A stretch of DNA of 64,000 bases from the sequence record PV435126.1, one strand, 5' to 3'. The translations under genes and the position numbers were made by a program. Origin of the DNA: Escherichia phage EPFV3-03/2025. Below, piece after piece: positions 8,780 to 18,618 of this stretch (the stretch's first letter is position 1; every line of letters starts with the position of its first letter). The notes below the pieces were generated by a model. The model saw only the letters and a list, made by a program, of their open reading frames with translations, had not been told where the DNA came from and ran no database searches.

Positions 8780-9040
8780 AGGCAACTATGCAAACGAATG
8801 GCATGGCGCGACGGAGTCGCGACATAATATAAAAGCAGTAACCATCACCCCCGTGATAGTTTGTCTGCAATCTATTAATCAGATCATAGTTGCCTTGTAT
8901 TTAGTTAATCATGACATAACAAGCAGGGCAACTATAGATCTTCTAATAGTTGCCCTGCTTTTATATTATGTCATATATTATTAACTTGTCAATTGTCACC
9001 TTGCTAATTGTTTTCATGCAAACGAATGTCATGGCTTATC
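8780..9040. repeat. cluster of inverted and direct repeats (GCAACTAT/ATAGTTGC units; GCAAACGAATGNCATGGC x2)
   Basis: 16-bp inverted repeat AAGCAGGGCAACTATA...AATAGTTGCCCTGCTT at 8921-8960; further copies at about 8782 and 8886. Confidence 0.7.
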
Positions 9041-9869
9041 ATCTCTGTGTAAACTGTCAATGTGTAAACAGTCTACGCAGGAACAATCTATACGTGAACA
9101 GTGAAACATGAAATAATAACAGTCGTTATTGTGTCGAAAGTGTCGTATTGTGTGACATTGTGTCAGACAAGTTTTTCTCCTCTTTGTCAAGTGCTGCATG
9201 GAAAATTTACAATCTGGTATGGTAGCATTTTTGCGGCCCCGTTTACATGCATGAGTGTATGTATAATCCTTGTTGTGTGGGCGTTTAGACGTCTGGACGG
9301 TCAGAAGTCCGCAGGTTAATATCTAATCTATTGGTCGCTAACTATATCCACCACAAATAATAAGAAATACAATTGTTATATTCGTAAACAGTAACCCATG
9401 TTATCAATCCCTGTATGTATCGCCAGTGGTGCGCATAATGGGTATTATGTTAAATTGCCCGTAATGATAACGATTCTCACAATGATAAGTATTCTCATTC
9501 ATCCACACAAAATAGCTTGCAAATGTTGTGCCACTGTGTGAACGGCCTCGCCTATTAATTTGCCTCACTGCCCCGATATTTGAGAATTGTTATAAGAATG
9601 AGAAGTATTCCCATTCCGTCCGCCTGGCAGCACTCCAGTCGCTACCGGCTCCTGACAGGGTAGCACTCCTGTAGGACAAGCACAAAATCTGGGCATAACT
9701 GGACCTGTTCAGATATTTCTGGCTGACTCTTCAGGTCTGTGTGGGAAAAGCCAACCTCTCCGGCGGGGCAGGGGGGGTCTGCATGGCAGATTTCACCTGG
9801 AGCGAAACCCTTAAGGGTAAGATGGGGTGGTATTACAGGAAAAATTGCAGGTCAATTAAAAAATTTACG

Positions 9870-10230
9870 TGGTGTATGAAGCCCTCTTCAGGCAGGGCGT
9901 GTATTATGGGATGAAACCCTCTTCAGGTGATGATATTTGTGGGTGTGATATTTGCTGGAAAGCCAGATATGACGGGGCTCCCGGCGGGGATGGGGTAGTA
10001 CAGGCAGGGAAAATGTGGGGATGTGGTGTGGTAAATTGATCAGGCAGGTAGGATATGGAATATGTTACAAGTATGTTAAATATGGAGGTAGGATATTTGT
10101 AAGATTTGTGTGTAAAATCAAATACTTATGTGGTGTTGTGGTATTTTCTATAAATAATTCAAGTTTAATAGGTGATATTTGTCTCCATCTACTTTGTGTG
10201 GTAAACAGATTCTAATTGAATTGGTTTACA
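9870..10230. repeat. GT-rich short direct repeat region
   Basis: Repeated GAWRCCCTCTTCAGG (x2), TGATATTTG (x3-4), GGTAGGATAT (x2); strand-asymmetric G+T composition. Confidence 0.6.
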
Positions 10231-10691
10231 AGTGTATATAAAGTATACAAATTAAAGATATAAGAAACCCCCCTCCCCCCTTCGGCTACCATTCACCTTT
10301 TCCTCTGACTGGTACTTAAACACTTATTCAGACTCTTCAGGTTATCACCCATATATCATATGGCAGTGACTGGTGTCCTCCGGCCCCTCTTTCGTCACCC
10401 GTCCGCTTCGCCATGCTAATGCCATAGCTAACTGTTCGGTTGTTCACCCTGTTCACTCAGGTGTATCTCCATACCCCTTCAAACCGAAGAGAACAGAAAA
10501 CCCGAATTACTCGGTAAAAGAAAAGAGAAGAACTTAATTTTATCAGGATAGGCAAGAATGTCAAGGCATGACTGCTCACTAAACAAGCAAACAGTCATGT
10601 GTGGGAGGTAAGTGATTGTGGTGGTAGGAAATTTAGTTGAAAGATGTGTTATAGGTGCTTCCAGCACTTTAGCCTGGCAGCTAATTGTGTG

Positions 10692-10907
10692 TCAGTCCAG
10701 CGGTTCATCCTCTACTTCACTGAAATCAATGTTCATGGTCTCTTCCCAACCATCGATCTCAGCACAAGAGTGGAGTTCTTTAGGGTTTACTCCCAAAGCC
10801 TCAGCAACAGAGTCTATATTTAACACCTCTGGCAGGTATGATTCATCGAATTCAAGGTAAATCAGGCCACGAGTGTTGTCAGCTCCACCAAATATTTCTA
10901 TCTTCAT
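10692..10907 (-). CDS. hypothetical acidic protein (71 aa)
   Basis: ORF, MKIEIF start; last gene of - strand block. Confidence 0.5.
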   Translation of the reverse strand: MKIEIFGGADNTRGLIYLEFDESYLPEVLNIDSVAEALGVNPKELHSCAEIDGWEETMNIDFSEVEDEPLD

Positions 10908-11027
10908 AAAATCTCCTCTGGGAATGAGAGTGTGAACAGGATTATACGTTCCAATGCACTGGAATTTATATACGTTTGCCTCTTCAGGCCATGCTTTAGC
11001 ATGATAAACTTGTGTGGGCTCGGTGCT

Positions 11028-11363
11028 TCATAGTCTGCCACCTCTGAACTCTTCGTTCTCAGGCATGATAGAGAACCAGATGGCTATGATGTCCTCCCAC
11101 GTCAGGTCATCAGCCTCAGGGTCCACCTGGGACGGAGATAGAGAATCCTCAGAATTGAAGTTTTTCTCTGCGGTCGCTTCTTCAGATGTCTCTTTAGGTG
11201 CATGTGTGTTGGTCATGTTCCACCCGTGAGTATTCCGGCAACAGCCGCTATGGACGTAATGATCATCAGGATCACCACCAAAACCTCGGACAATGTTTTC
11301 ATTGCGTATTCCATATTCTTCAAACGATGTGAGGATACTATCACAGGAGCTGTAATGTGTCAA
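11028..11363 (-). CDS. hypothetical acidic protein
   Basis: ORF; true start may be internal. Confidence 0.4.
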   Translation of the reverse strand: MTHYSSCDSILTSFEEYGIRNENIVRGFGGDPDDHYVHSGCCRNTHGWNMTNTHAPKETSEEATAEKNFNSEDSLSPSQVDPEADDLTWEDIIAIWFSIMPENEEFRGGRL

Positions 11364-11575
11364 CAGAAACGCCGCGAGGGTTGGTTAAAATCCGAGCGTA
11401 TGGTGATTTGGGTCAAAACGGACGTGCGTTCTCGCTACGCTCGAAATAGAGAGTTGTTTGTAAGCAGCTCTTAAACGCTCTGTAATGATATTAACTACCT
11501 AAGGTATGGAATCGTGCACCAGATAAAGAAAAGGACGCCACAGAGCGTCCTAGGTGCCTTAAATTTGATATTTTG

Positions 11576-11875
11576 CTATACCCATGAGGGCTTGTCTAGG
11601 TTGGAGTAGCTGAAGGGGGTCAAAAGGTGACTGTCAAAATCTTTCAAACTGTCCAAGTCTTTTTCCTCGTCCTGACACCATCTGTGCCTGCATTTATTGT
11701 TGTAGTGCATGGAATGCATAGCGTTCTGCAACTTAACAGGTACAAGTGATTCAGGAGTAGATAGAATTGTTGGGTATGCCAGGACTATCTCAAACAATGG
11801 AAACACATCGAAACTGAAGTCTATTTCTGCTGAGGTTGCTGGCATATAGGAGTATTTAGCTGTCGTTGTAGACAT
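11576..11875 (-). CDS. hypothetical protein (99 aa)
   Basis: ATG at 11875 with GAGGTGG RBS, 8 nt after upstream stop. Confidence 0.5.
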   Translation of the reverse strand: MSTTTAKYSYMPATSAEIDFSFDVFPLFEIVLAYPTILSTPESLVPVKLQNAMHSMHYNNKCRHRWCQDEEKDLDSLKDFDSHLLTPFSYSNLDKPSWV

Positions 11876-11883
11876 AATCCACC

Positions 11884-12210
11884 TCACACAGGCTTGATAA
11901 TACCTTCACCGAATAACTCTTCATATTTAATCTTATCAGGATCCCACTCCTGGATAATTTCGAAGACAATATCCAGCCCAGGGATAATCACTTCTCCGGT
12001 ATCAAGTCTGGCAAGAACAAAACCGGAAGGTTGAATGGTTTCCCAGTTGCGACGATTAGAATAGATAACTTCGAAAATATCGCCAACCGCAATCTGTTGA
12101 TCAAGGTGTTCAAGATTCTCTTTCATATAAACGCAGCGTATTTTCCGTGCAGGCCACAGGCCCCCTGCATCACGTTTATTTAGCTCTTTTACAGTAATCG
12201 GCATTAGCAT
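11884..12210 (-). CDS. hypothetical protein (108 aa)
   Basis: ORF in coupled array. Confidence 0.5.
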   Translation of the reverse strand: MLMPITVKELNKRDAGGLWPARKIRCVYMKENLEHLDQQIAVGDIFEVIYSNRRNWETIQPSGFVLARLDTGEVIIPGLDIVFEIIQEWDPDKIKYEELFGEGIIKPV

Positions 12211-12263
12211 TTCTGATCTTCTCCATAGATAGTAAAAAGAGGGGCCAAGACCCCTCTTCGTTG

Positions 12264-12569
12264 TTATTCTGCAGAGCGTTTGAACAGAATGTCTGCTTCA
12301 GACATGTGCTCAACCTCTTCTTCGATTTTAGCTCGACGTTTTTCAGCTTCGTAGCGGATATCGAATTCGGTAGCCACCAATGACTTGATAAACTTAGGAG
12401 AATACAGGTGATCCTGTTTCTCGACAAGAATAATATCCTTGATAGCGTCTTTCAGATCTTTAATCTGAAGCTGAAGTTCCACCAGCTCTTCAATTGTTTT
12501 ACGGAGGCGATCACGCTCTGCAGTGTCAGAAGGCAGAGAGGTGAACAGTTCAACTTTAGATTTAGCCAT
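12264..12569 (-). CDS. hypothetical coiled-coil protein (101 aa)
   Basis: ORF; heptad-like charged sequence. Confidence 0.5.
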   Translation of the reverse strand: MAKSKVELFTSLPSDTAERDRLRKTIEELVELQLQIKDLKDAIKDIILVEKQDHLYSPKFIKSLVATEFDIRYEAEKRRAKIEEEVEHMSEADILFKRSAE

Positions 12570-12597
12570 AGTAAGAGTCTCCTTATATTGTTTTAAA

Positions 12598-12915
12598 TTA
12601 ACGTTCTACAAAAATACCATTCAGTTCGATAACCAGGAATTTCTGATCTTCACTATCGTCACGTGCTAGCACCTCACAGACGTAACGGTCATCTCCGTCA
12701 TCATCACAGTCAAATACAAGGCTGAGGACTTTATCATGATAAATCTTCGACACTACTGCCTCGTAAGTATTGCCGATTGTGAATCCAAGATAATCCCCGA
12801 TGCATTTGACAACAACATGGTCGCCAGCATTTAAGTCAATCTTCGTCATTACTGTGCTCCTTGGGTGATAATATGGTATGTAAAACTTTAACCAGAGATG
12901 TGAATAACGCCCCAA
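12598..12915 (-). CDS. hypothetical protein
   Basis: ORF; probable start at internal Met (MTKIDLNAGD). Confidence 0.45.
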   Translation of the reverse strand: MGRYSHLWLKFYIPYYHPRSTVMTKIDLNAGDHVVVKCIGDYLGFTIGNTYEAVVSKIYHDKVLSLVFDCDDDGDDRYVCEVLARDDSEDQKFLVIELNGIFVER

Positions 12916-13004
12916 AACACACAGATAGCGCTAAAACGGATAAGGCCATCATTAAAGCTTCAGTAAAATCAGTCATTCCTCACCTCTTGTTAGTAACTAT
13001 ACTA

Positions 13005-13268
13005 TCATTTATCTTCGCCGTCAAGAACTTTTTTAAATATCTCAGGAATATCTCCTGTTCTTAGATAGCTCATGACCTCCCAAGGTTTCCACTTGAACTT
13101 CTTGCACAGTAAGGCAGCCGAGATCGTCTCGTTGCGAAAAGAAAGGATATTAATATCCCACTCTGAGAACCCCAATTTCCGAAGAGTGGCTATAGAAATC
13201 CTCACAGCAACCCAACAAGAGAGGCACGCAACAAACGCCACTGCCACAACCCACATCAGGATGTTCAT
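13005..13268 (-). CDS. hypothetical membrane protein (87 aa)
   Basis: N-terminal hydrophobic helix ILMWVVAVAFVACLSCWVAV. Confidence 0.5.
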   Translation of the reverse strand: MNILMWVVAVAFVACLSCWVAVRISIATLRKLGFSEWDINILSFRNETISAALLCKKFKWKPWEVMSYLRTGDIPEIFKKVLDGEDK

Positions 13269-13357
13269 ACAGCCCCCTTAATGAAATACAAGGCATAGTG
13301 TTAAGGTTGCTACCCAGCAAATAATTAACAGTGCCGTTGCAACCTTGGCAAGATTTA

Positions 13358-13645
13358 TCATAGTGTCTCTAAAATTTCATACCCTTCGGGTCGGAAAACA
13401 AGCCACTCAGGTGCTCCATTTGGTCGATACGCTTTATACAGAACAACCTGATCTCGGCACATGCACATGGCTACATAGTTTTCATCAACACCTGCCTCCT
13501 GCATTGCATCTTCTTCTCCGGCAACAGCCTTGCTTACAACTTCCTTGGTAGGCAGGTGGGCGATCAGCTCGTCACCATCGTTAATTCCAAAATGACTGAG
13601 TTCTCCATTGGTATCTTTAATCTTGATCTTAACCAAATCTTTCAT
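13358..13645 (-). CDS. small acidic protein, paralog family B (possible member)
   Basis: Stop/start coupled with next gene; C-terminal EGYEILETL tail. Confidence 0.5.
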   Translation of the reverse strand: MKDLVKIKIKDTNGELSHFGINDGDELIAHLPTKEVVSKAVAGEEDAMQEAGVDENYVAMCMCRDQVVLYKAYRPNGAPEWLVFRPEGYEILETL

Positions 13646-13974
13646 TAGTCTTCCTCCAGGTTCAAAGGTCCTAAGATTTCATATGCTAGATTAGAAGTTA
13701 CCAGAGGGTCTTCTGCATCTTTAGTATTATACCATCCGTGAATAACCAGAGTCCCACTTTGCTTCATGTCTAACTGGAACTGTTCTGCCGTTTCCTCATC
13801 CATCTCCAAGATCTCCATGAGGTATTTGATGTTAGGAAGGTATGCAGCTGTTACAGTCCCCTCTACCAGGCCTTCAGGCCAACCTACATCCGGATGACAA
13901 GTAGGGACCAGAGAGGTCAGCTTGATAGTGTATGCTTTTTCTGCACGAGCCTTCAGTAACGGATCAATTTTCAT
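13645..13974 (-). CDS. small acidic protein, paralog family B
   Basis: Coupled start/stop; C-terminal LAYEILGPL...EED. Confidence 0.55.
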   Translation of the reverse strand: MKIDPLLKARAEKAYTIKLTSLVPTCHPDVGWPEGLVEGTVTAAYLPNIKYLMEILEMDEETAEQFQLDMKQSGTLVIHGWYNTKDAEDPLVTSNLAYEILGPLNLEED

Positions 13975-14324
13975 TATTCTTCCTCCTCTTCGGTGCCTGC
14001 TTCCAGTAGTAAGTTAAGAACATCTTCAGCAGAAGGTTCGTAGAACTCTTGGCCTTCGTTGTCGATGATGCGATAGTCATCACCCCGAATAATCAGAGGA
14101 TCGTCATCAAAACCTTCAAGACCTTTAACAACGACAACACGGTCGATTGCCATCATTGTAAGAACTTTATCGACATCTTCCTCTGCTACACCATACTGCA
14201 GCAGAATGTCTTTGGTAGGAGGGACAGCATCCACCACAACACCGTTACCAAAACCTTCCGGAAGTTTAGCTAAAATATCTTCCGGAACCACATTCATATC
14301 AAAACCTGTGATCTCTACTTTCAT
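13974..14324 (-). CDS. small acidic protein, paralog family B
   Basis: LPEGFGNG motif shared with 14325-14585 and 15746-16015; poly-E C-terminus. Confidence 0.55.
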   Translation of the reverse strand: MKVEITGFDMNVVPEDILAKLPEGFGNGVVVDAVPPTKDILLQYGVAEEDVDKVLTMMAIDRVVVVKGLEGFDDDPLIIRGDDYRIIDNEGQEFYEPSAEDVLNLLLEAGTEEEEE

Positions 14325-14585
14325 TTACAGAACCTCTTCGTCAACTACTTCATAAAAATGGCTTGGGATTGCAATGGCGTTCTCGCCTTCACCTAAGAAC
14401 ACTGTCCCACTAACGATTAACATTAGAAGAACGTCTGCGATACCTTCCTCGGGGACGTTGCCAAAACCTTTAATCAGCTCGTAGGTTGGAAGATTTACCT
14501 CTAAGATGTCACCATCTTTGGAGCGGAAATCAACACCATCCTGAATCTCTGCCGTTTCAAGGTTTTTCAATTTAATCTTCATCAA
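14325..14585 (-). CDS. small acidic protein, paralog family B
   Basis: MKIKL start; KGFGNVPEEG and FYEVVDEE motifs shared with 15746-16015. Confidence 0.55.
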   Translation of the reverse strand: MMKIKLKNLETAEIQDGVDFRSKDGDILEVNLPTYELIKGFGNVPEEGIADVLLMLIVSGTVFLGEGENAIAIPSHFYEVVDEEVL

Positions 14586-14661
14586 TCAGTCTCCTGTCTT
14601 GTTAAGATGAAGGTATTATTGCACACAGGGTTGGTGTTGTCAACACCTGTGTGGAATAAAA

Positions 14662-15057
14662 TTACTGAAACAGTGCAGATAAATTACCTTCTGGTGGGAA
14701 CTTATCTGCCAAGAACGGAGTCAGAACAGTGGCCTTCTGAAGATCTGGAGTCCACTCGTTGTTCAGAACATCCCAGTAGTACGCAATGTTGCTGTGTGGG
14801 TGCCGCATTACGAACTTTTTCCCTTCGTAGTCAGTTGAAACCTCTACAGAAGAAATAACAACAGAATCTTCAAGAGTTTCTTCATAGAAAGATCCACCCT
14901 CGAATTTCCAACGAGATGCAAGAGCTCCTGCCTTAAACGCTGCAGATAACGGACTGTCGGCAAGAACATACATTTCTTGCACTCTGTCGCTACGATCTTT
15001 GCTTCTTACGTTGTATACAGTATCTGAGCTATACTCAACACGGTATAGACTTACCAT
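14662..15057 (-). CDS. hypothetical protein, paralog family C (131 aa)
   Basis: HPHSNIAYYWDVLNNEWTP resembles HPDSRVKHYWNARTKTWTP in 16860-17258. Confidence 0.55.
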   Translation of the reverse strand: MVSLYRVEYSSDTVYNVRSKDRSDRVQEMYVLADSPLSAAFKAGALASRWKFEGGSFYEETLEDSVVISSVEVSTDYEGKKFVMRHPHSNIAYYWDVLNNEWTPDLQKATVLTPFLADKFPPEGNLSALFQ

Positions 15058-15416
15058 TACCGCACCTCCTCAATAACTTCCACATCTGAACCTACCACAA
15101 ATGCAAAAGGGCAGGTTTCATGAAAGACATCCGGATCGCCGCCAAGCTTGCTAACTATTTCTCCACCACTAATAAACACAAGCTCACCGATATTCATCAG
15201 ATTGCTGAAATAGTATCCATAATGATTAAAGAATGCAGCAGGGTCAGGCAGACTAGTAGCCTCAAGCTCTACATCGGTTGAGATTACTTTCTTATCATAC
15301 CCTCTGGCCTTTTGAGATGCAAGATCTGCAGAATCCTCAGGCGACCGGAGATGCACAGGAATTGTTTCACCAATAAAGCGTACTTTCATATTCTCACCCA
15401 ACAACCATAGCTTCAA
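15057..15416 (-). CDS. small acidic protein, paralog family A
   Basis: LVFISGGEIVSKLGG and C-terminal VEVIEE resemble 17271-17742 and 21168-21401; start probably at internal MKVRF. Confidence 0.5.
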   Translation of the reverse strand: MKLWLLGENMKVRFIGETIPVHLRSPEDSADLASQKARGYDKKVISTDVELEATSLPDPAAFFNHYGYYFSNLMNIGELVFISGGEIVSKLGGDPDVFHETCPFAFVVGSDVEVIEEVR

Positions 15417-15657
15417 AAGGGGTCATAAACGAATAAACAGCATTATCATCTGCTTCAGGAAATGCCCCCAAAGACTTCATGTCTGAGCCCTTGACAAATA
15501 CAAGGTTCTGATCAAAAGCTTCTTGTGGATCAATCCGATACATATTTCGTAGGGTATCACTTACCTCATCATCAAGAGGCGAGTATGCTGTGCACGTTTT
15601 TCCAATCAAGCTTTGAGAATCAGGGTATCCACCTGAAGTTTTAAAATAAACAATCAT
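15394..15657 (-). CDS. small acidic protein, paralog family A
   Basis: LVFVKGSDMKSLGA motif. Confidence 0.5.
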   Translation of the reverse strand: MIVYFKTSGGYPDSQSLIGKTCTAYSPLDDEVSDTLRNMYRIDPQEAFDQNLVFVKGSDMKSLGAFPEADDNAVYSFMTPFEAMVVG

Positions 15658-15745
15658 ACAGTATCACCTCTGGTAAGAGATGGGGATTCCTTTCCCACAA
15701 ATAATTACAAACCTTTCTTGTCGAGGAAGTATGGCTAACCCAAGA

Positions 15746-16015
15746 TTACTCCTCTACAACCTCATACACATCCGGAGTTACAATCAACTCTTCTCCGTTG
15801 CCTGGAGCAACAAACACTACCAAACCTTCCGGTGTGTGCTTTTTAGCCATCTCGATGACATCTTCTCGCAGAGCTGGCTCCATCAAATCAAAACCTTCAC
15901 CCAGAGCATCACGAACCACCTTCATGTAGTCCACTGGTTGTGCTTCAACGATCATGCCTTCAACCAGTCCGCAGTTTTTGTCTGCCAGCTCAGTTTTGAA
16001 TAATTTAATTTTCAT
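15746..16015 (-). CDS. small acidic protein, paralog family B
   Basis: MKIKL start; GEGF motif; C-terminal DVYEVVEE. Confidence 0.55.
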   Translation of the reverse strand: MKIKLFKTELADKNCGLVEGMIVEAQPVDYMKVVRDALGEGFDLMEPALREDVIEMAKKHTPEGLVVFVAPGNGEELIVTPDVYEVVEE

Positions 16016-16152
16016 TTAGAGGTCTCCTCAATTATTTGATATTAATAGCCGTAACCTAACACATTAACTACAACTGCGATTGCAAACATAATTTCAAAGC
16101 ATGCAATCTCTACATTTGGGACTAATTTCTTAATCATACCCATTGTAGCACC

Positions 16153-16470
16153 TCAATCCCAAAAGTCAATCTTTACTTTACCTTTTCCCTTACCTTTCTT
16201 TCCACCGCATTTAGCCAACTGGCGTGCTGCAACATCCACCATACGGTCAGTTGCCTCGTAAGCATCGCTACCTTTAGCTTTGGCGATAACTTCTTTCCCA
16301 GAATTGTCAAAAATAAAAGCCATAACTTCCTGGTGATCATTTTCAACTTTTACACTCACACGTGCATAGTTGGCAGATGGGTGCAAACGCTCCAGTTTGG
16401 ACATTTTGTGGGAAATGAAAGACACCATACCTTCAGTGATCTCTACGTTGCCAGTGATTTCAATCTGCAT
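16153..16470 (-). CDS. hpf: ribosome hibernation promoting factor / RaiA-like protein
   Basis: MQIEITGNVEITEG...KLE...VKVE and ...AKGSDAYEA...ARQLAK follow my recollection of bacterial HPF/YfiA (MQLNITGNNVEITEAL...; AEGQDMYAAIDGLIDKLARQL); Lys/Gly-rich tail. Confidence 0.75.
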   Translation of the reverse strand: MQIEITGNVEITEGMVSFISHKMSKLERLHPSANYARVSVKVENDHQEVMAFIFDNSGKEVIAKAKGSDAYEATDRMVDVAARQLAKCGGKKGKGKGKVKIDFWD

Positions 16471-16551
16471 AACGTGCTCCTTTTAAAGAAGAGGGAACCA
16501 AACCCTCTTTGAAAATAATGATACTAAAGATCAAATGTTGTGTCAACAGTT

Positions 16552-16842
16552 TTACAGCTTGTCGTCGATAGTTTTTAAAATATCTACTGCAAGATCTGCC
16601 ATTTTACGAACATACTCTGCAAACTCAACAGGATCCTTGATCAATGAGTTCACAGGGTCGTACCCTAGAGCGTTCAAAATGGCTGCAGCATCTACAACCT
16701 TCTCATCATTTGCGAAGATCTCTCCGTCAAACTTGTAGGTCCATTTTGAGTCAATCTTGGCAGGGAAGGATTGGTCAACGCTTGTTACACCATCCTTTTT
16801 AAACGCTCCGGGGTTATCAGTGTCCAGAACTAAATCCATCAT
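16552..16842 (-). CDS. hypothetical protein (96 aa)
   Basis: ORF in array. Confidence 0.5.
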   Translation of the reverse strand: MMDLVLDTDNPGAFKKDGVTSVDQSFPAKIDSKWTYKFDGEIFANDEKVVDAAAILNALGYDPVNSLIKDPVEFAEYVRKMADLAVDILKTIDDKL

Positions 16843-16859
16843 GTTAGTACCTCACTGTT

Positions 16860-17258
16860 TCAGTTTAGCTTTTCTTCAACAACCCCATAACTTGGGGCAG
16901 AGTCAAGAGCTTTCTGGTTTAAAAGTGGCGTAGCAGAATCTGCAAACGGTGTCCAAGTTTTTGTTCTGGCATTCCAGTAATGCTTCACTCTAGAATCTGG
17001 ATGCACTATAACAAAAACTTTTTCACTTGTCAACACATTAATTTCTTCCACACCCTTGCTGATAATTTCTCCGTCATATCCTCCGGTCTGGTATCCTTCG
17101 TACCAGGTTCTTGCATAGGCATAGCCAGCCTGCCAGCATGCAGCCTCCTCCGAGGTGGAGACTACGTAGAAGTCTTTCTCAAATTCTGGGATACGCCCTT
17201 GCTTTACGCTCCAAGCTCCGCGAATTTTCATTGTAACTTTGAACAGTTTGTTTTTCAC
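16860..17258 (-). CDS. hypothetical protein, paralog family C (132 aa)
   Basis: Shares YW-x6-WTP region with 14662-15057. Confidence 0.55.
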   Translation of the reverse strand: MKNKLFKVTMKIRGAWSVKQGRIPEFEKDFYVVSTSEEAACWQAGYAYARTWYEGYQTGGYDGEIISKGVEEINVLTSEKVFVIVHPDSRVKHYWNARTKTWTPFADSATPLLNQKALDSAPSYGVVEEKLN

Positions 17259-17270
17259 AACGGTTACCTA

Positions 17271-17525
17271 TTACAGCTCTACAATATCTGCATCTGACCC
17301 TGCCCCAAAGGCATAATAGGACTCTTTCCCGAAATAATATTCAGGTGCACCAGCGGCGATCAGGTCTGATCCTAAGATAAACACCACGTTGTGGCCTACA
17401 TAACTATGATGTTGCCGCACAGGATCATCCCACGGTAACCCTTCAAAGTATACCGCAGGAACGACCTTTCCCTTCAGGAAGGATTGTCCCAAGTAGACGT
17501 TAGAATCAAGAATTTTAACCTTCAT
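17271..17525 (-). CDS. small acidic protein, paralog family A
   Basis: MKVKILDSNVYLGQ...GKVV...ILGSDLIAAGA closely matches 17515-17742. Confidence 0.6.
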   Translation of the reverse strand: MKVKILDSNVYLGQSFLKGKVVPAVYFEGLPWDDPVRQHHSYVGHNVVFILGSDLIAAGAPEYYFGKESYYAFGAGSDADIVEL

Positions 17526-17742
17526 GATCGTCCTCCACTATCTCTACATCCTCACCTAGGGCAAAGTTGTAGGTCCACTGACTGTCAAAGCAGTCCTGAG
17601 ATGCACCAGCGGCAATAAGATCTGCTCCTTTTATTTTTAAAAGGTCAGGGTAATCTTCGTTAGGGACAGCAGTAAACACTTTTCCTACTAAAGGCTCCTG
17701 ACCAATATAGAAGCTTGAATCTAAAACTTTAACTTTCATCAA
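17515..17742 (-). CDS. small acidic protein, paralog family A
   Basis: MKVKVLDSSFYIGQ...GKVF...IKGADLIAAGA; adjacent tandem duplicate of 17271-17525. Confidence 0.6.
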   Translation of the reverse strand: MMKVKVLDSSFYIGQEPLVGKVFTAVPNEDYPDLLKIKGADLIAAGASQDCFDSQWTYNFALGEDVEIVEDDHEG

Positions 17743-18026
17743 CGGTCTCCATCAGGTGGTTGTGGGACGTAAACACTGTTACGAATATCGTCCGCAGTAT
17801 AGTAATAAGTGTCTCCAACCCTATCTCTGGCTGCAATGTACTCTGCTATACCAATAAGTGCCATTGATTTGGTGGCGTATCTTCCCAACTCGTTAGCTCC
17901 CCAGTAGAATTTAGACCAATAGGGAATAAGACCGAACAAATATACCTTTTGACGAACTTCCCAGTAAGTGCCTTTCCCGACAAGTTTAAACTCGACTTCA
18001 CCACTGTTAATCTTTTTCATTATCAA
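17739..18026 (-). CDS. hypothetical protein (95 aa)
   Basis: Coupled ORF. Confidence 0.5.
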   Translation of the reverse strand: MIMKKINSGEVEFKLVGKGTYWEVRQKVYLFGLIPYWSKFYWGANELGRYATKSMALIGIAEYIAARDRVGDTYYYTADDIRNSVYVPQPPDGDR

Positions 18027-18319
18027 TCTCCCTCCACCGTGGTCGGATTGTCAGTAAGAAATTGAGCATTAGCTGGAGGCACACCTGACATTTTCCACAC
18101 AACCATAAGTTTGTAACCCGGAACCCTATTAAGTGCAGATCGAGTAGAGTTTGTGCACGTATACTTTCGCTTTCCAAACCCGTTCTCCATCATAATCCAG
18201 TACCCAGTATCTTTGTCACCAGGTATCGGTAGACCACCTTCATCAACCCACTGAATGGACCACGGCACGATGGCTACAGCTTTATATTTAAACTTTTTAA
18301 ACCACTCAAAAAGTTTCAT
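18023..18319 (-). CDS. hypothetical protein (98 aa)
   Basis: Coupled ORF. Confidence 0.5.
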   Translation of the reverse strand: MKLFEWFKKFKYKAVAIVPWSIQWVDEGGLPIPGDKDTGYWIMMENGFGKRKYTCTNSTRSALNRVPGYKLMVVWKMSGVPPANAQFLTDNPTTVEGD

Positions 18320-18414
18320 AATTCAGCCCCGCATAGACATAATCACTATAAACAGGCAAATAATAAATCCGAATGCCACGCCACCCATAAACGTTAATAT
18401 TGATGCAATCATAG

Positions 18415-18600
18415 TCAATCAGCCTCGCTTGGCAACTCTTCTACCTTAACATGCCGAAAAGTGTTACCGTAATGGTTGATCCATGACATCAGCTCGCTTT
18501 CTTGCTCTTCCTCTGGGATGAACTCTCGAATGCTGACAAGTTTTAAGAAAACCCAATCACAATCTGCACCCATTCTACCAGACAGGCAATAGTGCTTCAT
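18415..18600 (-). CDS. hypothetical protein (61 aa)
   Basis: ORF in array. Confidence 0.4.
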   Translation of the reverse strand: MKHYCLSGRMGADCDWVFLKLVSIREFIPEEEQESELMSWINHYGNTFRHVKVEELPSEAD

Positions 18601-18618
18601 AAAACCCTCCCGCCTGGT

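Noticed and set aside
9101-10215. ORFs 9101-9319 and 10015-10215 in the repeat-rich region
   Set aside because: No RBS; translations are Cys/Val/Gly-rich and mirror the underlying GT-rich repeats, so the region is treated as non-coding.
8171-10690. Possible prophage attachment site or integrase module
   Set aside because: No integrase, recombinase or repressor-like ORF occurs anywhere in the window; the content points to a virulent phage.
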